Part shown: positions 1 to 9,139 of the stretch, one piece after another
Layout: every line of letters begins with the position of its first letter
Position numbering within the stretch: position 1 is the stretch's first letter
Source of the DNA: a bacterium
GTDB lineage: Bacteria > Zhuqueibacterota > Zhuqueibacteria > Residuimicrobiales > Krinioviventaceae
Direction: 5' to 3'
Assembly: GCA_963674595.2 (NCBI GenBank)
Contig: CAXXFV010000016.1
Location: 384,001-448,000 of the forward strand
DNA: 64,000 nucleotides
Position numbers and translations under genes: made by a program
The notes under the pieces: model-generated
The model's input: the letters and a program-made list of their open reading frames with translations, nothing else
What the model was told of the DNA's origin: nothing
Databases searched by the model: none

Positions 1-1750
1 GGATTTTGTAAAAAACTATATATTTGAGCTTTTCAGGCTCAGTAGAACGGTTTTACCAGTAAATTCTTTTGACGGTACCAGTTTTACTTCCGGTTATTCG
101 TCGAGAAATTTCGAATTATTTGTTCATACAAGTTTACTGGAAGGTCAAACTGATCCAAATCTTGAATCAAAAATTGATCAATTATATCAGAGAATTACAT
201 ATAGTCCGCCATTAAATATGTGGAACTTTCGAACTTATGACAGTTATACGCTTTTATATAAATTGCTAAATGACGCTATAGCTAATTCCAATAAAAAAAT
301 TGCTGCACTTCAGGCTTTAACGGCCTTACCGGCGGCAGCTGATGATTTTCCCAAAATGCAGGGTGAAGACGGAATAGCTCTATCTGCATTTGGAGGTGTC
401 GAGTCAAAAAGGGGCGAAATGCCCTGGACAGAGGTCCTTTATTTTAAAGAAGATGGAAGTTATGGACTTGAAGATGGTGTTGCTGCTCTGGTTACCCAGG
501 GAAATGATTCTACAAAAACTTTTCAAATATGTAACACAAATGGGGAAAATGTTTTTGTAAAAGCACAGGCAAATTTTCTACCGGCAAAAATCAATCGTGT
601 AACAGTTAATGGTGAGACATATAACGATTTCGATCTTCGATATGTTAATTTAAATGTACCTGCCCGAACAACAATTGATGTAAAATTGGAAATTTTTGAA
701 CGTGATACAATTCCGGCAAACCCTGTTGGCCAAATAAATCTCACTGGTTCTACCGAACATACTTTAAAATTTTCCTGGTCAACTCCTGCACCGGCAGAAG
801 ATGGTGATTTACCAAAATTATATAAAATAGTTCGTGATGGAGAAATAATATCTTTACAAGACAGTACTTTATATTATGATACGGAACTGTTGGAAAATAC
901 GGAATATACTTATCAGGTTATAACGATTGACAAGTCCAATATTCAAAGTGAGCCAACCACAGTAGTCTTTCAAACGGATATGGATGTAATATCTCCGGAA
1001 ATTACTTTTATCCAAACTATTGATTCTACACATTTACATGTTTATTTTGATGAAGTTGTTGATGAAGAGAGTGCTACTGATCTTAATAACTATTTAGGTT
1101 CTGATGGCATTGAAATTCAAAAGGCATTTTTAGGATTATCTCAAAAAGTTGTGTATTTAACAACTTCATTGCATGAGGAAGGCATTGAATATACATTGAC
1201 TGTAAATGGTGTGAGCGATGTTTCATTATCGGGTAATACAATTAATAATGCCACTTACCAATATCAATACTTTACATCGCTGCAGATAGAACAAATATCA
1301 CGTGATGGATATTTTATAAGGTATAATCAAGTCGGTGACAGTTTGTATAGCGACCGGGATTATGTGATTACCAGCATCCCGGGTTCACTAGATGGCTATG
1401 CCTGGCTTGTAACTGCAAATAATGATAAAAATGTAATAAATGACAACTTTATATCGTTTAAAGTAAATCGTGAAACAAATGTTTATGTCGCCTATGATAT
1501 TCGTCAGGTTGAGAGTAACAGTGTTCCTCTTTGGCTTCAAAGCTGGGAGCGTATGAATTTAAAAATTGAGACAACAGATGAAACAGATTTTGTCTGTTAC
1601 ACAAAAACGATTACAAACGGTTCTGTTACATTAGGCGGCAATGAAGGAAATAATTCCTCGAGTATGTACTTGGTGCTCATAGGAGGTATGGTAGATACAA
1701 CACCACCCTATCCTCCAGGAGGATTTAGTTTGACACCATATTCAAATTGA
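1..1750 (+). CDS. Large secreted/surface protein with FN3 and Ig-like domains (5'-truncated by the window edge)
   Basis: Frame +2 is open from base 2 to the ORF-track start at 218. Contains an FN3-like segment (FSWSTP...YKIVRDGE...LLENTEYTYQV) and an Ig-like segment (LHVYFDEVVD...YTLTVNGVSD). Confidence 0.75.
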   Translation, partial: DFVKNYIFELFRLSRTVLPVNSFDGTSFTSGYSSRNFELFVHTSLLEGQTDPNLESKIDQLYQRITYSPPLNMWNFRTYDSYTLLYKLLNDAIANSNKKIAALQALTALPAAADDFPKMQGEDGIALSAFGGVESKRGEMPWTEVLYFKEDGSYGLEDGVAALVTQGNDSTKTFQICNTNGENVFVKAQANFLPAKINRVTVNGETYNDFDLRYVNLNVPARTTIDVKLEIFERDTIPANPVGQINLTGSTEHTLKFSWSTPAPAEDGDLPKLYKIVRDGEIISLQDSTLYYDTELLENTEYTYQVITIDKSNIQSEPTTVVFQTDMDVISPEITFIQTIDSTHLHVYFDEVVDEESATDLNNYLGSDGIEIQKAFLGLSQKVVYLTTSLHEEGIEYTLTVNGVSDVSLSGNTINNATYQYQYFTSLQIEQISRDGYFIRYNQVGDSLYSDRDYVITSIPGSLDGYAWLVTANNDKNVINDNFISFKVNRETNVYVAYDIRQVESNSVPLWLQSWERMNLKIETTDETDFVCYTKTITNGSVTLGGNEGNNSSSMYLVLIGGMVDTTPPYPPGGFSLTPYSN

Positions 1751-1766
1751 GCGTATATTTTTTTAT

Positions 1767-2096
1767 ATGGCTGATAGAGATTTTTTCAAGAGTGTTTATA
1801 AAATAGTTGCGGAAATTCCCTGCGGCAGGGTAGCAACATACGGTCAAATCGCAAAGATCTTGGGTAACCCTCGTGCAGCGCGCAGTGTTGGGTGGGCGCT
1901 GCACCGATCACCCGAATCAGTAAATATCCCATGGCACCGTGTTATCAATTCAAAAGGGGTTATCAGTATAGGCGGTACTTTGTATAATTCACAAATCCAA
2001 CGTTCATTGCTGGAAAATGAGGGAATTGTTTTTGATGTAAAAGGATGTGTGGATTTAGCTGTTTTTCAATGGCGCCCGGAGATAGTTTTTGATTAA
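1767..2096 (+). CDS. MGMT-family / alkyltransferase-like (ATL) DNA-binding protein
   Basis: IPCGRVATYGQIA, ARSVGWAL and PWHRV motifs. Trp replaces the catalytic Cys of PCHRV, which is the ATL signature. Confidence 0.9.
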   Translation: MADRDFFKSVYKIVAEIPCGRVATYGQIAKILGNPRAARSVGWALHRSPESVNIPWHRVINSKGVISIGGTLYNSQIQRSLLENEGIVFDVKGCVDLAVFQWRPEIVFD

Positions 2097-2764
2097 ATAT
2101 CGTTTTTCTTTGCTGTTTTGAAAAAGCTGCACATTTCAGCAAGCGGGCATTCAGGACAGTTTGGGTTTCTTGCCTTACATATAGTTCTTCCAAGTTTTAA
2201 AAAATTCATATGAAGCGAGTAGGATCTTCCGGGGGGCACCAACGGCTGCATTAACCAGTGGGTCTTTTCCGCACTTGCATTTTCCGGTACCAGGGCCAAC
2301 CTTTTGCAAATTCTGTGTACATGTGTATCAACAGGAAAAACATCCTTGCCGCAAGCAAACATAAGGACCACACTAATCGTTTTAATGCCAATGCCTTTTA
2401 ATGGTAAAAATGTTTCTATAGCTTTATCCGGATCCATTTGGCATAGAAAATCAAGGTCCAGAGAGTGATATGTCTCATTTATCCATTTTAGTGTGTTTAT
2501 AATCGTTTCGCTTTTTTGGTTCGCGAGTCCGGCAGGACGTATTATTGCGGCAAGTTTTTTTTGCGGAATGGTTAAAACTTGTTCCCATGATGTCAGTTCT
2601 TTTTTTAACTGTTCAAAAGCTATATCTCTGTTTTTATCATTGGTATTTTGAGATAAAATTGTTAATATTAAATTCTCTAACGGATTTTGATTTTTTTGCC
2701 ATCTAGGTATATCAAAATGTTTTTCTAATTTAAGGACCAATTTGTCAACAAATTTTTCTTCCAT
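2093..2764 (-). CDS. nth: Endonuclease III (HhH-GPD family, FeS cluster)
   Basis: LSQNTND, HhH LKGIGIKT, VDTHVHR and the C-terminal CKARNPNCPECPLAEMC 4Fe-4S motif. Confidence 0.88.
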   Translation of the reverse strand: MEEKFVDKLVLKLEKHFDIPRWQKNQNPLENLILTILSQNTNDKNRDIAFEQLKKELTSWEQVLTIPQKKLAAIIRPAGLANQKSETIINTLKWINETYHSLDLDFLCQMDPDKAIETFLPLKGIGIKTISVVLMFACGKDVFPVDTHVHRICKRLALVPENASAEKTHWLMQPLVPPGRSYSLHMNFLKLGRTICKARNPNCPECPLAEMCSFFKTAKKNDI

Positions 2765-2779
2765 AAAGGTGACCTCATA

Positions 2780-3253
2780 ATGAAAAATATTAATAAAAAT
2801 ATAGCGTTATCGGGATTAATAGGCGGCGCTTATGCCGTACTAACCATTGCTTTGGCGCCCATCAGTTATGGTCCTGTTCAGGTACGAATTGCAGAGGCTT
2901 TAACAGTGTTACCGTTTTTATTTCCTCAGTCTGTATTAGGTCTCTATTTCGGTTGTATGATTGCAAATATTTTTGGAGGTTTTGGACCCATTGATATTTT
3001 TGGCGGTAGTTTTATCACGTTATTGGCTGCTTTAGCAACCTATTATCTGAGGAAGACCGGTAAAATATGGCTGGCCCCTTTACCTCCTGTGCTTTTTAAT
3101 GCTTTAGGTGTTAGTTTGTACCTTCATATATTAGCAGATTTGCCTTACTGGTTAACATCATTATATATTGCTGTTGGTCAAATTGTTGCGTGTTATTTTA
3201 TCGGCATTCCATTTTTATTAGGTATTCGAAAAAAATTAAAAGATTACTTTTAG
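2780..3253 (+). CDS. queT: QueT-family queuosine-precursor transporter (ECF S-component)
   Basis: LAPISYGPVQVRIAEALTVLP signature; hydrophobic 157-aa protein. Confidence 0.85.
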   Translation: MKNINKNIALSGLIGGAYAVLTIALAPISYGPVQVRIAEALTVLPFLFPQSVLGLYFGCMIANIFGGFGPIDIFGGSFITLLAALATYYLRKTGKIWLAPLPPVLFNALGVSLYLHILADLPYWLTSLYIAVGQIVACYFIGIPFLLGIRKKLKDYF

Positions 3254-3550
3254 TGATTCGGGTAAATTATTTTTTATGTTTTTTGTAAACTGTTGGCATT
3301 TTACACCAATTACAGCAACTTCTTTTCGTCCCAATATTTTCCCCAATCTAACTTTATCTGAAAATTGATATATAGTTACCCCGGCTTTTGATAATTCTTT
3401 TTTAATCTTATCGGAGGCATCATTAGAAATTAGAATAAGGTAAATATGTTTCTTTTTTAACTCTTTAAATGTTTCAAAACGGCCCACTGCTAGTTTGCCG
3501 GCCCTGTTGGCAAAACCAATTATTGAAAAGATTTGCTGTTCGTCAAAAAT
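3236..3550 (-). CDS. L7Ae/YlxQ-family RNA-binding domain; true start unclear, possibly fused to YlxR
   Basis: The frame extends upstream of 3487 as FDEQQIFSIIGFANRAGKLAVG, a typical YlxQ N-terminus. Also has LISNDAS and LGKILGRKEVAVIGV. Confidence 0.75.
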   Translation of the reverse strand: MFDEQQIFSIIGFANRAGKLAVGRFETFKELKKKHIYLILISNDASDKIKKELSKAGVTIYQFSDKVRLGKILGRKEVAVIGVKCQQFTKNIKNNLPESLKVIF

Positions 3551-3810
3551 AACCTGATCTCCTTATATAATTTTTTACTTTGTTCTGGATTAATAGATTG
3601 CCTTAAATTTCTTTGTAATTTGTTAGATTTTATAACTAAATCAAGGCATTGTAAATCAGGGCAAATATAACATCCTCTTCCCGGTAAATTTTTTCTTTTA
3701 TCCAGAATTATCTCGTTGTTAAAAAAAGAAATCCGAACAAGTTCTGATTTTTGTTTTTTTGATCTGCATGCAATGCAGGTTCGCATGGGTAAATCGGTTT
3801 TATGTGTCAT
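3520..3810 (-). CDS. ylxR: YlxR/RnpM (DUF448) family RNA-binding protein
   Basis: PMRTCIACR...ELVRI...PGRGCYIC...CL motif. Confidence 0.88.
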   Translation of the reverse strand: MTHKTDLPMRTCIACRSKKQKSELVRISFFNNEIILDKRKNLPGRGCYICPDLQCLDLVIKSNKLQRNLRQSINPEQSKKLYKEIRLFLTNSKSFQ

Positions 3811-3873
3811 AGAATAATTCTTTCTTGCTTTGAATTAAAGTACTTGAAACTCTTGTAAATTGCAAGAAATACT

Positions 3874-3968
3874 TGCCTGTACGATGAGACAATTATGCCT
3901 CATGTTTTAGGGCCATATTATATTTTTTATAAAAAGATGTTGCATTCAAGGGACAGGTTATTTATATT
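3874..3968. promoter_or_regulatory. Sigma70-like promoter of the kinase operon with three TG-N3-CA-type 7-N4-7 candidate activator sites
   Basis: TTGCAT(3940)-17 nt-TATATT(3963). Candidate sites: TGCCTGT-acga-TGAGACA (3874), TGCCTCA-tgtt-TTAGGGC (3896) and TGTTGCA-ttca-AGGGACA (3938, overlapping the -35). Confidence 0.5.
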
Positions 3969-4013
3969 TCATTTAAAAGTATCGATAAAGCATTAAACTA
4001 TAATGCAGTTTTA

Positions 4014-5481
4014 ATGAAAGAAGATAAAAATTATTATATTTATATAAACACAGAATATAAAATTCTGAGTTTTAGCGAAGATCTTGCAAAATGTGTTACA
4101 GAGCAGTATTTGATAAATGCTTGTAACCATGTTTGTTACGAGTATTTTTATGGCAATAATTCGCCATGTACCGGGTGTCCGACAGTTAAAGCAAATAATA
4201 AAAAAAAGTCAGTTTCTGATAAAAACACAATTCTTCCCAAAAACGTGACCGCTGTGCCTTTTAAAGATGACAAAGGGACTGTGACCAAGTTTAAAGTAAA
4301 TTGCGTCGATGATAAAATAGGCAAAACGGCAAATAGCAATGCAAGCAATCAAAACGTATCTGTTCTCAGGCAACAGGTAAATGATCTGAGAAAATCGGCT
4401 GAACTGACATCCAAAGTTTTAGATAATATTCCCAAAAGTATCGTTATAGTAGATTCTAATTATGCAATTCTGGAACATAATGAAGCTTTTAAAAAGTTTA
4501 TTGAAAATGAAAAGAAAATTGTAAACAAAGATTTTTTTAAAGCGGCGCCTGTATTTGATATTCCGAAAATACATGAGATATTTAAAAATGCTTTTGATGG
4601 TGTGCAAAGGCAGGCATTTAGTTTAAAAATTAACCTGAATTCTAAAGAGTTTTCCTGGGTAACTTTGACAGCCGTTTTAATTGAAACAGGAAAAGATTTG
4701 CAATATTTATTGCTTTATATAGATAATGTCACTCAAAAAGAACAAGCCTGGTATGAAGATGTCTTGCTGGAAAAATTTCAGGCTTTTAGCCAATTAATTG
4801 CCCGTTTGGCGCATGACATTGGAAATCCATTGTCAGCAATTATGGGACGTATTGAGTTGATGAATAAACAATCTGTTTTTAATCAATCCGGCACGATAGA
4901 TTATGAGGGCGGAGTAGAGTTTATTAAACAGCAGGTTGATAAAATTTTAGAGGTTTTTGAAGGTGTCAGCGTCTTTAATAAACAAACTACAAGGGATTTT
5001 TGCGATTTTGATCTGGATGAAATTATAAAGCGAACAATTTCTGTTGCTCATTTACACCGATCGGCAAAAGATATTTCGATAGAGTATGAAATTCAAAAGG
5101 ATTTACCCGCTTTTTATGGGGATGAAATTAGAGTTGAAAGAGCCTTGCTTGAAATATTGAAAAATGCTTTGGAGGCAACAGAACCCGGCGGCAAGGTACA
5201 TGTTTTCTTTAAAATACCTGGAAAATGAACGAATTTTTAATATCTGCGTTAAAGATGAAGGTGCCGGAATTTCCGACGATATTCTAAGTAAAGTATTTGA
5301 TCCATTTTTTACCACTAAAAAGATAAAAAAAGGAAACGGATTGGGTTTATCTGTTGCATACTCTGAAATTGCATTACACCAGGGAACAATAAATATAAAT
5401 CCGTATGTTTCGGTTGGAACCGAGGTGTTAATTATTTTACCTCATAATCAGGTAGTTAAACACACAAAGAAATCGAAATGA
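4014..5481 (+). CDS. Cytoplasmic PAS sensor histidine kinase, split by an apparent frameshift near 5205
   Basis: 4014..5228 carries a Cys-rich PAS-like N-terminus, H-box AHDIGNPL and N-box EILKNA. The G1/F/G2 boxes (DEGAGI, FDPFFTTK, GNGLGL) continue in the +1 frame to 5481. Confidence 0.85.
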
Positions 5482-6539
5482 TAAGAAAAATTATAAGCCA
5501 TTCGGAAAATTCAACTCAGCAATTGACGCTTGATGATAAATTTAACATTGTTGAATCTCATGGCACTTTATTTCAACAAAAGGGAGTGTTGGGGAAAAAA
5601 TCTGACCTTGCAATGGTTGATGAATTTCTTAAAACTATTTGGAATAAGGGGATTGAAAATATATGTTTAACTGCATTGGAAGATGGTAAAACCGATTCAA
5701 AAGATTTAATTGTACCTATTAATTCAAAAATGAAAGCATGGTTTCGTTTTACAGCAGAACCGGTCGTGAAAAATCGAAAAATAGACGGCATTCGTCTAAC
5801 TGTTTTGGATGTTACCCCTGAAAAACGGTTGTATAAACAAAATGCACTTCGTCAAAAGATGACAAATATTTCATTTTTAGCTGCACAAATTGCCCACAAG
5901 CTAAACAATCCGTTAGCTGCTGTTTTAAACAGAATTGGCTGCTTATTGGTGGATGATATCAGCGTTGATGATTTAAAGCGAATTCGGTCTGAACTTGAGC
6001 TTGTGCAGGAACAAATTTACTCCATGTCAATTATAACAAATTCACTAGTTTCTTTCAGTGAAGAACCAAAAGGAATGTTTCGTTTAATTCCAATAAACAT
6101 GATTATTGAAAAATCTGTTGAATTGAGTAAATTGTTACAAGGCCATAATGAAATATCATATCGGTTAAATTTGGATCAGGATATTCCCTTTATTCTGGGT
6201 AGTGAAATTACTCTGGAACAAAGTTTTGTAAATATTTTAAAAAATTCTATAGAAGCCATGCCGGATGGCGGAACTATTACCATAAATTCATCGCTTGATT
6301 CGTTATTGCCGGATTTTGTAAAAATTACATTCAGCGACACAGGTATAGGCATTCCTGTTGAAAATTTTGAAAAAATATTTGATCCTTTTGTTAAATTTAA
6401 AACGGGTAATCATCCGGGACTCGGGTTGTCGATTAGTTATGGTATAATTGCCAATCATGGTGGAATTATAGAAATTAAAAGTAAAGAAAATGCTGGTACA
6501 AAATTAACAGTTTTGTTGCCGACAGTGAATTTAAAATAA
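5478..6539 (+). CDS. Cytoplasmic histidine kinase with an atypical H-box
   Basis: AHKLNNPL, NILKNS, DTGIGI, FDPF and PGLGL boxes; no transmembrane segment. Confidence 0.88.
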   Translation: MIRKIISHSENSTQQLTLDDKFNIVESHGTLFQQKGVLGKKSDLAMVDEFLKTIWNKGIENICLTALEDGKTDSKDLIVPINSKMKAWFRFTAEPVVKNRKIDGIRLTVLDVTPEKRLYKQNALRQKMTNISFLAAQIAHKLNNPLAAVLNRIGCLLVDDISVDDLKRIRSELELVQEQIYSMSIITNSLVSFSEEPKGMFRLIPINMIIEKSVELSKLLQGHNEISYRLNLDQDIPFILGSEITLEQSFVNILKNSIEAMPDGGTITINSSLDSLLPDFVKITFSDTGIGIPVENFEKIFDPFVKFKTGNHPGLGLSISYGIIANHGGIIEIKSKENAGTKLTVLLPTVNLK

Positions 6540-6560
6540 TTTGTTTAAAACAGGTGAAAC

Positions 6561-7994
6561 ATGTCAGAAAAAGTAGTTGATAATGACCTTAGTAAAATTT
6601 TAATAATTGATGACGAAAAAACAGTACTGGATTCAATTGTAAATCTTTTAAAAAATACAAGTTACAACTGTATTACCGCAACCAGTACTTCCGAAGGAAT
6701 CCGTCTTGTTCGTGCAGAAAAACCTTTGGTTGTTTTAACTGATTTACGGATGGAAACTGAAACTTCTGGTATAGAAGTTCTTGAAGAAGCAAAAAAGATA
6801 GATCCGGATGCTGTTGTATTATTATATACTGCCTATGGAAATGTGTCCTTTGCTGTTGAAGCCTTTAAAAAAGGAGCATTTGATTTTATTCAAAAGGTGC
6901 AAACCCATCACGACATTCTTTTACCGATTGAAAGGGCCTTCAAGTTTGCCAAAATGCAGCGTGAAAACGCCTATTTAAGAAGTAAGCTTGATTTGGTAGA
7001 TGATGGAAATTTTCATGGCGCTATAGGAACAAGCCCGGCAATTCGTGATCTTTTTGAAAAAGCAAAACGAGTTGCCATGACAAATGCCACTGTTTTGGTG
7101 ACAGGAGAAACCGGTACAGGAAAAGAGGTGATTGCACGCGGTTTACATTACCATAGCCAGCGGGCTAATGAACCCTTTATCCCTGTTGCCGTAGGAGACC
7201 TTCCGGATAATTTGTTGGAAGGTGAATTGTTTGGTCATGTAAAGGGTGCTTTTACAGGTGCTACTGTTGAGAAACCCGGATTATTTGAAGCTGCAAATAA
7301 AGGGTCAATTTTTCTTGATGAAATTGGAGAAGTAAGTTTTGATATGCAGCATAAATTACTTCGCGTTTTACAGGAAAGAAAAGTAAGACGTGTGGGAAGC
7401 GTTAAAGAACGGGATATCGATGTTCGGGTTATCAGCGCAACCAATCGTAATCCTGAAGAATTGGTAAAAGAGAAAAAGTTGCGCGAAGATTTGTTTTACA
7501 GATTAAACGTTATTCGTTTACACATTCCGCCAATGCGGGAGAGACGTGAAGATATTCCGGTTTTGGCTTACCATTTTTTGAAAAAGTTTCGCAATACAGG
7601 ACTCATTGAGGTGGAAACAATTTCCAGCGAGGCATTGCTTCTTTTACAACAATATGATTGGCCGGGAAACGTTAGAGAACTGCAGGGTGTTATTGAGAGA
7701 ATGGTCGCCCTGGCCACCCGTCCCGAGCTTCGCCCTGAAGATCTGCCGGATGAAATACGTCCTACAACAAAACGTGTTTATGTTGATACCGCGACAGACC
7801 TGGATTTTAAAACATCAAAAGCTCAAATTACAGAAGCTTTTGAGAAACAGTATATTGAGGGATTGTTGAAAAAGTACGGTGACAATATTACCAAAGTTGC
7901 TGACGCAGCAGGATTAAACAGAAAAACCATCTATCGATTAATTGAGGCACGGGATATTAATTTTCGAAGAAAACCTGGTGATGATATTTTTTAA
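6561..7994 (+). CDS. Sigma54-dependent NtrC-family response regulator (REC-AAA-Fis HTH)
   Basis: IIDDE/LTDLRM receiver, GETGTGKE, GAFTGA, FLDEIGE, WPGNVREL and a C-terminal HTH. Confidence 0.95.
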   Translation: MSEKVVDNDLSKILIIDDEKTVLDSIVNLLKNTSYNCITATSTSEGIRLVRAEKPLVVLTDLRMETETSGIEVLEEAKKIDPDAVVLLYTAYGNVSFAVEAFKKGAFDFIQKVQTHHDILLPIERAFKFAKMQRENAYLRSKLDLVDDGNFHGAIGTSPAIRDLFEKAKRVAMTNATVLVTGETGTGKEVIARGLHYHSQRANEPFIPVAVGDLPDNLLEGELFGHVKGAFTGATVEKPGLFEAANKGSIFLDEIGEVSFDMQHKLLRVLQERKVRRVGSVKERDIDVRVISATNRNPEELVKEKKLREDLFYRLNVIRLHIPPMRERREDIPVLAYHFLKKFRNTGLIEVETISSEALLLLQQYDWPGNVRELQGVIERMVALATRPELRPEDLPDEIRPTTKRVYVDTATDLDFKTSKAQITEAFEKQYIEGLLKKYGDNITKVADAAGLNRKTIYRLIEARDINFRRKPGDDIF

Positions 7995-8019
7995 ACCCGC
8001 ATTAAGCGGGTTTTTTTTT
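7993..8019 (+). terminator. Intrinsic terminator
   Basis: AAACCCGC-atta-A-GCGGGTTT hairpin running into T9. Confidence 0.85.
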
Positions 8020-8178
8020 GCCCCGGTGGTACCTGGACTGTTGCTTTTTAAATATGTAAGTGGCCTAGAGGCAACAGTATTGTAATTTAAAAAACAAGGG
8101 TTATTAAATAATTTTTTTTTTAATTCCTAAGTTTAATAAAAATATAACAGTGACTAGGGATAAAAGTTTTGCTTTTAT

Positions 8179-8194
8179 TGGCACGATAGTTGTA
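8179..8194 (+). promoter_or_regulatory. Putative sigma54 -24/-12 promoter
   Basis: TGGCACGatagTTGTA: correct GG-N10 spacing, but GT instead of GC at -12. Confidence 0.55.
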
Positions 8195-8250
8195 AAAGAA
8201 GATGTAAATAAACGGTAAGGTGTTAATTTCATCAAAAAGGTTAATTACGG

Positions 8251-8670
8251 ATGATGCAAGAAGGTAATACGCCCGAAAGAAGAAAAGCAATTCTTGTTGG
8301 TACAATTGATTATCGTATCATTGAAGACTTGAACCGAAGGTTGAATCGAGATGATTTTGATGTTCGGTTTGTCCAAAAAGGTGTTCATTTGTTAACAGAA
8401 ATTTTGGACAATGATATTGATCTGCTTATCCTGGATTTGGATTTAGCTGGGGTTATGGGAGTGGAAATGTTGCCGGTTATTAGGCGGCTGCGTCCACGAT
8501 TGCCCGTTATTTTATTGTCAGATGATTTTACAAGTAAAATCAGACAAACGGCTGCTGAACTGGGAATAACCTATCAGGCCTTCAAATCAGTCAATTCAAC
8601 TGATACAGACGAAATTGTTTCAGCAACAGAAAAGATTATCGAGAAAAGAACTCTTGCTCAGGTCCATTAG
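8251..8670 (+). CDS. Stand-alone receiver (CheY-like) domain protein, atypical
   Basis: DLLILDLDL...GVEML...PRLPVILLS. The N-terminal acidic pair and the KP motif are degenerate. Confidence 0.8.
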   Translation: MMQEGNTPERRKAILVGTIDYRIIEDLNRRLNRDDFDVRFVQKGVHLLTEILDNDIDLLILDLDLAGVMGVEMLPVIRRLRPRLPVILLSDDFTSKIRQTAAELGITYQAFKSVNSTDTDEIVSATEKIIEKRTLAQVH

Positions 8671-8679
8671 ATATAGTTT

Positions 8680-8781
8680 TAAAAAGACAAAGCTACCAGC
8701 CGACTCGCCCAAGTCATCAAAACTGGTAGCTTTTGGGCCACGCAAGAAGAATACAGTGCAAGCCTTTTTCTCTTTTGCGGC
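8680..8781 (-). ncRNA. Candidate ~100-nt small RNA (motif copy 1) with its own promoter and terminator
   Basis: Minus-strand TTGACA(8816-8811)-17 nt-TATATT(8793-8788). An 11-bp stem (8689-8699/8723-8733) encloses GACT-TGGGCG-AGTC and is followed on the minus strand by a T-rich tail (TTTGTCTTTTT). Confidence 0.55.
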
Positions 8782-8787
8782 ATTAAA

Positions 8788-8836
8788 AATATAGTTATTT
8801 ATAAACAATTTGTCAACTTAAAACAACAAATTGTTT
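8788..8836 (-). promoter_or_regulatory. Sigma70-like promoter overlapped by a perfect 11-bp inverted repeat
   Basis: TTGACA-N17-TATATT on the minus strand; AAACAATTTGT (8803-8813) / ACAAATTGTTT (8826-8836). Confidence 0.6.
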
Positions 8837-9002
8837 GTTAATACAACATGGGCATTTTAACGACCTCCTGAATACTGGAAGTTTTGTTCAAGCTTTCCTG
8901 GTTTTTTCTCCCCATCAATAAATTTTTATCAACCCTATATAACTTTGTGAATTTGGTAATTAGCGGAATGAGCTGAATCGACGCTTTTTACACAATAGTA
9001 AT

Positions 9003-9139
9003 TGGTGGAAAAGTGTGGCATTTGTGTCCATTGTGTGGGACGTGGTAAATTTCTTTATTTACAGTAGCTTAGGTATTTGTTGTTTCTTCTGATATACATT
9101 TGTTAATGAATTTTTTGTAATTGTTTCAAATTTGGGGCA
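9003..9139. promoter_or_regulatory. Candidate enhancer (UAS) sites for the NtrC-family activator
   Basis: TGGTGGA-aaag-TGTGGCA (9003), TGTCCAT-tgtg-TGGGACG (9025) and TGTTTCA-aatt-TGGGGCA (9122), 140-270 bp upstream of the sigma54 promoter. Confidence 0.45.

Noticed and set aside
2765-2779. preQ1 riboswitch upstream of queT
   Set aside because: The gap is only 15 bp and no preQ1 consensus is visible.
8689-8765. Motif copy 1 as a c-di-GMP-II riboswitch or HDV-like ribozyme
   Set aside because: TGGGC...GTGCAA is superficially similar to c-di-GMP-II, but copy 2 lacks it. The HDV P2/P4 elements and L3 consensus are missing.
8620-8808. 62-aa minus-strand ORF over motif copy 1
   Set aside because: Its TTG start lies inside the predicted promoter spacer, it has no RBS, and it has no recognisable protein features.
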